Source: Patescibacteria group bacterium
Lineage (GTDB): Bacteria > Patescibacteriota > Patescibacteriia > Patescibacteriales > UBA12465
Length of the DNA stretch: 64,000 bases
Direction of reading: 5' to 3'
Assembly (NCBI GenBank): GCA_049318005.1
Contig: JBMOHE010000002.1
Span: 77,824 to 141,823, forward strand
Positions 52,685 to 61,331 of the stretch are shown here, piece by piece (position 1 is the first letter of the stretch; each line of letters begins with the position of its first letter). Made by a program: the position numbers and the translations under genes. Below the pieces are notes generated by a model, which was not told the origin of the DNA, did no database searches, and was given only the letters and a program-made list of their open reading frames with translations.

Positions 52685-53122
52685 TTATTCTTCATAATCT
52701 CTATCTTCGTCCTCATCTTCACTAGATCTCTTTTTTTCTTTATTGCCAATAATTTTTATTACCTTTTCTGCAAACTCAAAAGTATCAAACTCATCTTTAA
52801 AGAAAATATAATCAGCTCCAAGCTCAAGAGAGCGACTGCGCCCATCCTCATCACTTAAATCAGTAAAAATAAATATCTCTTTTTCGCTTAATTCATCGTC
52901 ACTCTTAATTCTTTTGATAACTTCAAAGCCGTCAATCTTAGGAAGAATTAAATCAAGAACAATATAATCAGGATCGAAGTCTTTAATCTCAGAAATTAAT
53001 TCATCAATCTCCTCGTCCGCCTCACTAAGCTCAACGTCTAAGTCAGCGGCTGTAAATTGAGACTCTAAGCCATATAAAATATTGGCATCGTCCTCAACAA
53101 TAAATAATTTTTTACTTTTCAT
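52685..53122 (-). CDS. stand-alone response-regulator receiver domain (CheY-like) with acidic tail
   Basis: 145 aa; KKLFIVEDDANIL...DYIVLDLILPKIDGFEVIKRIK...IFIFTDL...YIFFKDEF. No output domain. Confidence 0.85.
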   Translation of the reverse strand: MKSKKLFIVEDDANILYGLESQFTAADLDVELSEADEEIDELISEIKDFDPDYIVLDLILPKIDGFEVIKRIKSDDELSEKEIFIFTDLSDEDGRSRSLELGADYIFFKDEFDTFEFAEKVIKIIGNKEKKRSSEDEDEDRDYEE

Positions 53123-53131
53123 AAATTTATT

Positions 53132-53992
53132 CTATTTAGCTAATTCTAAACACTTTTTCTTTAATTCATTTAAATCTAAACCAGTGATACCTGAAAATAT
53201 ATCAGGAGTTATTTCAAGATTAGATAAAAATGCGGTTGGATTCTCTGTGGCTGCAGCCTCTACGCATCCTGCCAAGTCAATTTCATTAACGCTTGCCTCT
53301 TTAATAGTTTGAAGATTAATAAAAAAATCTATAGGGTATTGACTCGCACTTTTTTTAATATCTGCTGCTAATTTTGAACCTTCAAATTCTTTGTAATACT
53401 CCGGATAGGCAAGATATAGAACTGGTGCTTTTTCCGCTGCCTTAAATCTTAATGAATACTCGTCAATTCCGGCTATGTCCTCAAAATTTTGTGAGCAAAA
53501 AACAAAATGAATCGGCTCTTTCTCGGCTGCTTTTATTATTTCCTCAGCTAAGTTTAAACCGCTAATATCTTTTAGGTCCGTGGCGTGATCAAGAAAAAAT
53601 CCAGGATTTTTCTCTGCTGTTTTTACGATTTCTGCAGCTAAGTCCAAGCCTTCAATTTTTTTAAAATCATTTATATGTATAAAAAAAGTTTGCGCGTCAT
53701 GTTCGGCCAACCATTGCACTTCTGGTGCTGTATCAAAATCCTTTAACTTTTTCTGTTCGTTTTCTTTGTCTAACTGAACATCAGCATAGTTAATGGTTTT
53801 CGTCGCATTCTTATTATTTTCTAAAGTGGCTGTTTTTACTTCTGTTTTTGAGTTATTTTTATCTAAATCCCTACTTTGTTCGTTATTTTTCCCTTGCGCA
53901 GATGAGCCGACTGTAAGAATGGCTACTCCAAGCATGGCTTTTTTTGCAAGCTCTTTGGCATTACTTGATAAACTTTCAAGATTAAATTTCAT
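53132..53992 (-). CDS. exported or membrane-anchored protein with six about 30-aa tandem repeats, unknown family
   Basis: 286 aa; hydrophobic N-terminal segment AMLGVAILTVGSSAQG. Repeats cover aa 101-286 (nt 53135-53692), each ending in A-E-K-x-P-like motifs. Confidence 0.7.
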   Translation of the reverse strand: MKFNLESLSSNAKELAKKAMLGVAILTVGSSAQGKNNEQSRDLDKNNSKTEVKTATLENNKNATKTINYADVQLDKENEQKKLKDFDTAPEVQWLAEHDAQTFFIHINDFKKIEGLDLAAEIVKTAEKNPGFFLDHATDLKDISGLNLAEEIIKAAEKEPIHFVFCSQNFEDIAGIDEYSLRFKAAEKAPVLYLAYPEYYKEFEGSKLAADIKKSASQYPIDFFINLQTIKEASVNEIDLAGCVEAAATENPTAFLSNLEITPDIFSGITGLDLNELKKKCLELAK

Positions 53993-54019
53993 AAAATTGA
54001 TTTTAATTAAATATTTTAA

Positions 54020-54985
54020 TTATTTTTTTAATTTTTGCCACCAGGCAATATTATCTTTATACCATTTAATAGTCTCCTCTAAACCGGACTTAAAGTCAAT
54101 TAAAGGCTCCCAACCTAGCTCATCTTTTGCCTTAGAAAAATCAATCGCGTAACGTAAATCATGGCCGAGTCTATCTTTAACATACTCTATCATTTCTTTG
54201 GTTTCGCCCATAGCCTCAAGAATTAATTCAGTAATTTCTAAATTACTTTTTTCACTATCGCCACCAAGACAATATGTTTCACCAACTCTTCCTTTTTTAA
54301 TAATAAAATCAACTCCTCGATTATGGTCATCAACATGAATCCAATCACGAACATTGTTTCCAGATCCATAAACAGGAATCTTTTTCCCTTCAATTAAATT
54401 AGTCACAAATAATGGAATTAATTTTTCTGGATACTGATAAGGGCCGTAATTATTTGAACAATTTGAAATAGTGATAGGTAATTTATGAACATGATAATAA
54501 GCGCGCACTAAATGGTCAGAGGCGGCTTTAGAAGCGCTATATGGAGACCGTGGATCGTATGGAGTGCTCTCATTAAATTTAGAGTCTTTTAAATCTAAGG
54601 AGCCAAAAACTTCGTCGGTTGAGATATGGTGAAAGCGAATGTTTCCATTATTTTTCGCAGCTTCAAGTAAAACTCTAGTTCCTTCGACATTAGTTCTAAT
54701 AAAATCGGCACTATTTTTAATTGATCTATCAACATGACTTTCGGCAGCAAAATGAACAATCAAATCAATTCCCTTTACGGTTTCATTAACCAGAGTTTCA
54801 TCAGTAATATCACCCTTAACAAACTTGTAGTTAATATTTTCTTCTAAATCTTTAAGATTTTCCAAATTTCCAGCGTAGGTTAAAACATCAAAATTAATAA
54901 TTTGATCCTCGGGATAATTCTTTAACCAATAATGGATAAAGTTTGAGCCTATAAAACCAGCTCCACCTGTAACTAATATTTTCAT
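54020..54985 (-). CDS. rfbB: dTDP-glucose 4,6-dehydratase
   Basis: 321 aa; MKILVTGGAGFIGSNFIHYWL...YSASKAASDHLV (YxxxK). Confidence 0.9.
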   Translation of the reverse strand: MKILVTGGAGFIGSNFIHYWLKNYPEDQIINFDVLTYAGNLENLKDLEENINYKFVKGDITDETLVNETVKGIDLIVHFAAESHVDRSIKNSADFIRTNVEGTRVLLEAAKNNGNIRFHHISTDEVFGSLDLKDSKFNESTPYDPRSPYSASKAASDHLVRAYYHVHKLPITISNCSNNYGPYQYPEKLIPLFVTNLIEGKKIPVYGSGNNVRDWIHVDDHNRGVDFIIKKGRVGETYCLGGDSEKSNLEITELILEAMGETKEMIEYVKDRLGHDLRYAIDFSKAKDELGWEPLIDFKSGLEETIKWYKDNIAWWQKLKK

Positions 54986-54997
54986 AAATATATTGAA

Positions 54998-55393
54998 CTA
55001 ACTTTTTAACTTCTTTAAAACTTCCTCCGCCTCACCATCCTTATAAGCTCCACCTGGCCAATGCTCTAAGCCGTCGCCCTCAACTCTAGGGATAAGATGG
55101 AAATGAATATGAGGAACAGCTTGACCGGCCACTAAATCATTATTTTCATGAACATTATAACCGACCACGTTTAATTTATCTTTTAATAATTTTCCAACTT
55201 TTTTAACCGTAATCATTAAATAAGCTAAATCATCCTCGCTTATTTCTTCTAAGTTTTGATAATGTTTTTTTGGAATAACTAAGGTATGCCCAGGATTAAC
55301 TGGTTTAATATCAAGAAAAGCTAAAACCTTGTCGTCTTCATAAACTTTATAACAAGGGATTTCATGATTAATTATTTTACAAAATATACACAT
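54998..55393 (-). CDS. HIT family (histidine triad) protein
   Basis: 131 aa; CIFCKI...PHIHFHLIP. Confidence 0.9.
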   Translation of the reverse strand: MCIFCKIINHEIPCYKVYEDDKVLAFLDIKPVNPGHTLVIPKKHYQNLEEISEDDLAYLMITVKKVGKLLKDKLNVVGYNVHENNDLVAGQAVPHIHFHLIPRVEGDGLEHWPGGAYKDGEAEEVLKKLKS

Positions 55394-55520
55394 ATAATAT
55401 ATTTTGTGTCCCGCCTTATACCTTTTCGCTCATGATAATTTCTGTGGCAAAAACTCACTGACGTTCCTTTTTGCTTTACGAAATTATAAATCGCTCAAAA
55501 GTATAAGTCGACCCACAAAT

Positions 55521-55973
55521 TTAATCTATCTTATAAGGACTGTTCTCATCTTTTTCCCATCTAATCTCATCAATCTCGTCTTTTTTAGCAACTCCTTTAT
55601 ATAATTTGTCAGGAAAATTTATTGAAGTGGCCGGACCATTAGAAACACATTTATAACCATGAACAACGCCAGGCGGAACAACAACTGTACAAGGATAAGT
55701 TTCGCCAACTATCATTTCTATTTTTTCACCCTTAGTACTAGACCCTTCTCGTCTATCCCAAAGATAAAGTTTAAAATCTCCACTTCCTGGAAAAATAAAA
55801 TAATCAGTTTGATAAACATGCTCATGAGGACCACGCGCCACTCCAGGTAGAGTTACGCTTAAATAAGCCATAGCGACTCCAGAATCAACTTCATCGCGTC
55901 TATATACTTCCATTAAATAACCTCTATCATCTTCAAACTTTCCTAGTTCTTTTATTATTACACCACTGATCAT
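55521..55973 (-). CDS. cupin-fold sugar-nucleotide epimerase/isomerase (RmlC / WxcM-like)
   Basis: 150 aa; FEDDRGYLMEVYR...RGPHEH..Q.D. Confidence 0.65.
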   Translation of the reverse strand: MISGVIIKELGKFEDDRGYLMEVYRRDEVDSGVAMAYLSVTLPGVARGPHEHVYQTDYFIFPGSGDFKLYLWDRREGSSTKGEKIEMIVGETYPCTVVVPPGVVHGYKCVSNGPATSINFPDKLYKGVAKKDEIDEIRWEKDENSPYKID

Positions 55974-55979
55974 ATATTT

Positions 55980-56972
55980 TTATTTCTTAAACAAGTTTTT
56001 TTTAATTAATCCGTTCTGCGCTCCTAAATGAGAAATTTTTGAGGCCGTATTTTTTAAAGCTAAGTGAAGGGCCTTATCAATGTCATTATAATAGCTAAAG
56101 CCAGCCGCAAATGACGAATTAAAAGCATCGCCGATTCCAGTGGTATCAACTCGATTTTTTTCTTTAATTACTTGGTGACGATAAATTTTATTACCATCTG
56201 AAACAACTACGCCGTCTCCGCCCATAGTAATAACAACTATTTTAGGGCCAAAACTTTTTATTATTTCTAATAAATTTTCCGGCTTATTTAAATAAGCGGC
56301 TGATAATTTATTATGATTATTAGAGCTTAAAACAAGCTCGATCGCCTCATCTTTATTAAGTGCTAAAACGGTTGTATTTTTTAAAAATGGTAATAATTTT
56401 TTTAAACCAGCCAAAATTTGTTTACCGCCTGGGTTCCAGTAAATATTTATCTTATTTTTTTCAACCAGCGAAAAAATATCCTTTAAAACATTATTCCAGT
56501 CACCCGACAAAGAGGATAAATAAATATTACTGGTTTGAGCTAAGACTTTTAAATCATTACCCGTTAGTTTTAAATTAAAATTTGCTCCACGAGCACCAAA
56601 AATAATTCTTTCTCCATCTGGAGCCACTAAAATAAACGATGATCCACTATCTTCATTTTTTAATAACTTAACGCCCCTAGTTTCGACTCCATGATTCTTT
56701 AAATTTTTCAAAATATAGCGTCCATTTTCATCGTCTCCAAGACTTGCGATACAAGCAGTTTTAGAACCAAAATTCGCCAAACTAACGGCAGCATTTGCCG
56801 CCCCGCCACCATAAGAATAATAAAATTTATCAACTTTTATTTTAGCGCCATATTCAAACGCTAATAGTTTTTGGCGTAAAAGATCTTTTTTATTATTAAT
56901 AATTACTCCCTGATCAGTAAAGAAGGAAATATCTCGAGTAGCGCCGCCAATAGTTATAAAATTATATTTCAT
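55980..56972 (-). CDS. PfkB-family carbohydrate kinase
   Basis: 330 aa; GGGAANAAV and DTTGIGDAFNSSFAAG motifs. Confidence 0.85.
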   Translation of the reverse strand: MKYNFITIGGATRDISFFTDQGVIINNKKDLLRQKLLAFEYGAKIKVDKFYYSYGGGAANAAVSLANFGSKTACIASLGDDENGRYILKNLKNHGVETRGVKLLKNEDSGSSFILVAPDGERIIFGARGANFNLKLTGNDLKVLAQTSNIYLSSLSGDWNNVLKDIFSLVEKNKINIYWNPGGKQILAGLKKLLPFLKNTTVLALNKDEAIELVLSSNNHNKLSAAYLNKPENLLEIIKSFGPKIVVITMGGDGVVVSDGNKIYRHQVIKEKNRVDTTGIGDAFNSSFAAGFSYYNDIDKALHLALKNTASKISHLGAQNGLIKKNLFKK

Positions 56973-56994
56973 ATTTATATTAATTAATTATTTA

Positions 56995-57546
56995 TTAAAT
57001 ACTGTCGTATAAAGATTTCTTTTCTAAGAAAAATGGCTTAATTTTTTTTGAAAGAAAAGATAATAAATTAAACATGAGCAAGGAAACTAGAAACCCCCAA
57101 GCTATCTGATAAAAGACTATTAACCAAAAATGAGATTGCCAAAGAAAAAAAGCACTATAATCAGAACTTACTAAATATAAAATAAGTGCCGCTAGAATAT
57201 TATAAAAAAAGGTTAAACCAACCATCAAGGTAAGTAGAGTATAGAAAGAACGATTAGTTAGCCAATCTTTTAAAATAAACTGAGCGAGCAGTAAGGTGCA
57301 AAAGAAAATAAGCAAATAAAAACCAAAAAAATTAAAGGAAACTAAATCGAGACCAAAGCCAGCGATTAAAGCCGAAACTAATGACAAACGAAAATCTAGA
57401 AAAAAAAGAATAAATATTAAGGCGAATAAAACTAAATTAAATTGTCGAAAGGGATTTGGTAGGGCGCTAATAAATGAAAATTGTAATAAAACAAAAAAGG
57501 AAATAAATAATATTAGAATAATCATTTGCCAAATATTTTTTAACAT
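56995..57546 (-). CDS. mreD: probable rod shape-determining protein MreD
   Basis: 183 aa, about 5 TM; immediately downstream of mreC. The call rests on context and topology only. Confidence 0.5.
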   Translation of the reverse strand: MLKNIWQMIILILFISFFVLLQFSFISALPNPFRQFNLVLFALIFILFFLDFRLSLVSALIAGFGLDLVSFNFFGFYLLIFFCTLLLAQFILKDWLTNRSFYTLLTLMVGLTFFYNILAALILYLVSSDYSAFFLWQSHFWLIVFYQIAWGFLVSLLMFNLLSFLSKKIKPFFLEKKSLYDSI

Positions 57547-57550
57547 AAGG

Positions 57551-58363
57551 CTAAGGAATAATGACCGTCACAACGGTTAAATTATTTAAATTTACTAGCG
57601 GCTCAATAGTTGCATCCTGCCAAACCTCATTACTCTCATTTCGAACTTCAATTATTTTTCCAATGACCAAGCCACGAGGAATTTTTTCGCCCAAGCCAGA
57701 TGTAATTACCGTGTCGCCAAGCGAAATTTTTTCAAGTTGCGGAATAAAATTCATTTTAATAGTAAGTCCTAAGTCACCGTCTGTTATTCCCTGCGTTTTG
57801 GTTTGATTCTGAACGGCGGCCGCCAACTTACACTCAGGACTGGTTGTTAAACAAATTTTAGAAGTATTATTTCTAACTTCAATAATTTTCCCAATAATTA
57901 AACCCTCTTCACTCACGACTCCTTGCCCCAAGGAAAGCCCGTCGATAACTCCTTTATTAATTATAAGATCCTGTCCCTCTTCAGTCCCCTCAACGAGTGA
58001 CTCACGAGCAATGACAAGCGCGGCCACTGCCTTGAAATTATTGTCACTTAAGAATTTTAACTGGCTACGTAATTTTAAATTTTCTTCTATCGTTTCCTTA
58101 TTTTTTGAATTTGCAACTATTAAAATTGCATTTTCTTTTTTTAAAGACTCAACGGTTGATAAAAGCGAATCTTGAGTTTCTTTATTTTGATAGGTTTTAC
58201 TAAAATTATTTCCAATATTATAAAACTGACCGCCAACCGGCTTAAATATATTTAGAAAAAAATTTTCCACAGGTCTTAAAACTCCGAAACTATGCAAAAA
58301 AACTAGTATTCCAAAAACTACTAGAAAAATTAAAATAGGATTATTTTTTTTTAATCTCTTCAT
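57551..58363 (-). CDS. mreC: rod shape-determining protein MreC
   Basis: 270 aa; N-terminal TM, coiled coil (LKKENAIL...NLKLRSQLKFL), duplicated beta domains (GLIIGKIIEV / GLVIGKIIEV). Confidence 0.85.
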   Translation of the reverse strand: MKRLKKNNPILIFLVVFGILVFLHSFGVLRPVENFFLNIFKPVGGQFYNIGNNFSKTYQNKETQDSLLSTVESLKKENAILIVANSKNKETIEENLKLRSQLKFLSDNNFKAVAALVIARESLVEGTEEGQDLIINKGVIDGLSLGQGVVSEEGLIIGKIIEVRNNTSKICLTTSPECKLAAAVQNQTKTQGITDGDLGLTIKMNFIPQLEKISLGDTVITSGLGEKIPRGLVIGKIIEVRNESNEVWQDATIEPLVNLNNLTVVTVIIP

Positions 58364-58393
58364 TTCTTAAATAATTTATTTAAATTCAATTAT

Positions 58394-59434
58394 TTATTCA
58401 GCGTTATTGGCAAGCACAACTTTTTCCAATAATTCTTTATTACCAAGAAGTAATCCTGTTCCACGCGCGACACAAGTTAGTGGATCGTCAACAATCTTAA
58501 CTGGAATTTTCGCCGCGGCTGAAATTGCCTTATCAAGACCGCGAAGCAAAGCCCCGCCGCCCGATAGATAAAGGCCACGTTCATAAATATCTGAGACAAG
58601 TTCTGGCGGAGTTGTTTCAAGAATTGTTTTAATTGTTTCGATAATTTTAGAAACCGTTCGACTAATCGCCTCACGAACTTGCTTGTCACTAATCATAACT
58701 GCCTTTGGCAATCCAGTTAATAAATCACGACCACGAACTTCAATTTCTTTTGGTTCTTCAAGTGTAACGGCTGAGCCAATATTAATTTTAATACTTTCAG
58801 CTAACTGTTCGCCAATTAAAATATTAAACTCTTCACGAATATATTCGATAATATTATTATCAAATTCATTTCCAGCTGCTTTTAGAGAGCGCCAAGTAAC
58901 TACGCCACCTAACGAGATAACTGCAATTTCGCTAGTTCCTCCGCCAATATCAACGATCATAGTAGCAGTTGCTTCCGTAACCGGTAAACGAGCGCCAATA
59001 GCCGCAGCCATCGCCTCTTCAATTAAATATACTTTACGAGCTCCGGCACTTCGAGCCGCATCTTCAACCGCTTTCTTCTCAACTTCAGTTAAATCAAGCG
59101 GAATGCCAATAACAACTCGCGGACGAGAAATCAAAGTAAAATTTTCACTATGAACTTTATTAATAAAATATTTCAACATTTTTTCCGTGATTTCAAAATC
59201 AGAAATAACACCATCTACTAATGGCTTAATCGCTTCGATATGACCAGGAGTTTTACCAACCATTTTTTTAGCCGCTTCACCAACTTCTAAAATTTCATTA
59301 GTTCTTTTATTTATAGCCACGACGCTAGGCTCATTAACAACAATTCCCTTATCGGCAACATAAACCAGAGTATTTCTAGTTCCCAAATCAATTCCTAAAT
59401 CGTGGCTAAACCGACCGATAAGTTTATTAAACAT
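58394..59434 (-). CDS. mreB: rod shape-determining protein MreB
   Basis: 346 aa; DLGIDLGTRNTLV, DIGGGTSEIAVISLGG, LSGGGALLRGLD; heads mreBCD. Confidence 0.95.
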   Translation of the reverse strand: MFNKLIGRFSHDLGIDLGTRNTLVYVADKGIVVNEPSVVAINKRTNEILEVGEAAKKMVGKTPGHIEAIKPLVDGVISDFEITEKMLKYFINKVHSENFTLISRPRVVIGIPLDLTEVEKKAVEDAARSAGARKVYLIEEAMAAAIGARLPVTEATATMIVDIGGGTSEIAVISLGGVVTWRSLKAAGNEFDNNIIEYIREEFNILIGEQLAESIKINIGSAVTLEEPKEIEVRGRDLLTGLPKAVMISDKQVREAISRTVSKIIETIKTILETTPPELVSDIYERGLYLSGGGALLRGLDKAISAAAKIPVKIVDDPLTCVARGTGLLLGNKELLEKVVLANNAE

Positions 59435-59450
59435 ATATTCTTTATTTAAT

Positions 59451-60677
59451 CTATTTTAATTTTTCGCCTAACTCACTAATTTTTACAAGTTCACTATCAA
59501 GGTTGCTGCGAAGTTTTAATTCGATACTATCACTCGCTAAAGTTTTTTTACTAACAATAATTCTATAAGGACAGCCAATTAAATCGGCGTCAGCGAATTT
59601 TTCTCCGGCTTGAAGTTCTCTATCATCAAATAAAACCTCAATTCCTTTTTTAACCAAATCAGAATAAATTTTTTCAGCTGCTTCATTTTCATTTAATGAT
59701 AGTAAATGAAACTTAAAAGGAGCAACGTTTTCGGGCCAAATAATTCCTTTTTCATCATGGCAAACCTCAACGATAGTTCCCATTAAGCGACTCACGCCCA
59801 ATCCATAGCAACCCATGATAACCGTTTTCTTTTCACCATCTTTATCTTGATACTTTAAATCAAAAGGTTCAGAATATTTAGTTCCAAGTTTAAAAATATT
59901 TCCCGCTTCAACCGCCTTCTCTTCTCGCAAATCTTTCTTATTACATTTAGGACAGGTATTTTGGTCTTCAATTATTTCTTTATTAACAGCCATCTTACAA
60001 TCATCACAAACATAAATAATATCTTCACCGGCCTCAGTTAAAGTCTGAAACTCATGAGAATATTTAGAAAAACTTCCACCAGAGGCATAAGTTAAATAAG
60101 TTTTTTTCTCTAAACCAACACGACTAAAAATATTATTATAAGCGGTAATCGCCTTTTCATAATATTCATCCAAATCTTCTTGCGTCGCATGAAAAGAATA
60201 CAAATCTTTCATTAAAAACTCACGACCACGAAGTAGGCCCGACTTAGCTCGCTTCTCATTACGAAATTTATTTTGAATTTGGTAAACCGCCATCGGTAAT
60301 TCGCGATAAGAAGAAATAAATTTTTTAGCCAAAGGGGTAACAACCTCTTCGTGAGTTGGATTAAGAGCATATTCTTTTTCATCGCTTCCAGTAGTTTTAA
60401 ACAAAACATCAAGCGTATCCCAGCGACCAGTCGCTTGCCAATTTTCTTTTGGCGCGAGTGAAGGCATATTTATTTCCTGACCACCAATTGCGTCCATTTC
60501 TTCGCGAATAATGTTTTCAATTTTATTAATAACTTTCCAGCCAAAGGGTAAAAAAGAATAAACACCTGCCGCCGATTTATCAACAAAGCCAGCTCTAATT
60601 AGAGCCTGAGCATTAAAACTCGGTTCATCTTTTGGTAATTCTTTAACAGTTCTTGTAAAAAGTTGAGATTGTTTCAT
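59451..60677 (-). CDS. proS: proline--tRNA ligase, bacterial type lacking the INS editing domain
   Basis: 408 aa; motif 2 FRNEKRAKSGLLRGREFLMKD, motif 3 GCYGLGVSRL. Only about 130 aa lie between them, including C224xxC227...C242xxC245. Confidence 0.88.
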   Translation of the reverse strand: MKQSQLFTRTVKELPKDEPSFNAQALIRAGFVDKSAAGVYSFLPFGWKVINKIENIIREEMDAIGGQEINMPSLAPKENWQATGRWDTLDVLFKTTGSDEKEYALNPTHEEVVTPLAKKFISSYRELPMAVYQIQNKFRNEKRAKSGLLRGREFLMKDLYSFHATQEDLDEYYEKAITAYNNIFSRVGLEKKTYLTYASGGSFSKYSHEFQTLTEAGEDIIYVCDDCKMAVNKEIIEDQNTCPKCNKKDLREEKAVEAGNIFKLGTKYSEPFDLKYQDKDGEKKTVIMGCYGLGVSRLMGTIVEVCHDEKGIIWPENVAPFKFHLLSLNENEAAEKIYSDLVKKGIEVLFDDRELQAGEKFADADLIGCPYRIIVSKKTLASDSIELKLRSNLDSELVKISELGEKLK

Positions 60678-60748
60678 ATTCTTATAATTTACCTTTATAC
60701 TATCTAAAAAATACCCCTCTGTAAAGCTTGTCTTTTTGACAAAGCAAG

Positions 60749-61327
60749 CTACTTTTTAGCCATTTTTTTAAGGGCTGATTTAACTCTTTCACCACTATCT
60801 ATAATACTAGGGTCAACTAAATTAAAGGCGCTGCGAGCTTCGTTCAAGGAATATCCCAGAGACATCAAAGCATCTATTTCATCGCTACCAATTAGACTCG
60901 AAGATTCAAGCCCGGTCGAAGCTGAGCCACGTAAAATTTTAGTTTTAAGTTCAAGCACTAATCTTTCGGCCGTCTTCTTTCCAATACCAGACACTTTAGT
61001 TAATAAATTTGCGTCCCCTCTAATAATTGCTTCTTTAATATCGTTTGCGCTTGCCATGGAGATAACGCCCAGGGCTGATTTAGGGCCGACTCCTGATACA
61101 GTCAAAAGTAATTCAAATAATTCCAAATCTTCCATGTTCTTAAACCCATATAAATCACTGGCTTCTTCTCGAACTTGATGGTGAGTATAAACTTCAACTT
61201 CAGAATAAATTTTTAGTTCATTCAAAAAATTTTCACCTGCAAAAACCTGATAACCAATACCAGCGACTTCAATAATCGCATAGTTCAAGGATTTATTTAT
61301 AATTTTTCCACGCAAATAAGAAATCAT
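60749..61327 (-). CDS. ruvA: Holliday junction DNA helicase subunit RuvA
   Basis: 192 aa; MISYLRGKI...VAGIGYQVF...LLTVSGVGPKSAL...VSGIGKKTAERL (HhH pairs). Confidence 0.92.
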   Translation of the reverse strand: MISYLRGKIINKSLNYAIIEVAGIGYQVFAGENFLNELKIYSEVEVYTHHQVREEASDLYGFKNMEDLELFELLLTVSGVGPKSALGVISMASANDIKEAIIRGDANLLTKVSGIGKKTAERLVLELKTKILRGSASTGLESSSLIGSDEIDALMSLGYSLNEARSAFNLVDPSIIDSGERVKSALKKMAKK

Positions 61328-61331
61328 ACTT

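Noticed and set aside
55404-55604. The 66-aa plus-strand ORF spanning the HIT/cupin spacer.
   Set aside because: It overlaps the 3' end of the cupin gene on the opposite strand, has no promoter or start context, and translates to a Leu/Phe/Ser-rich shadow sequence.
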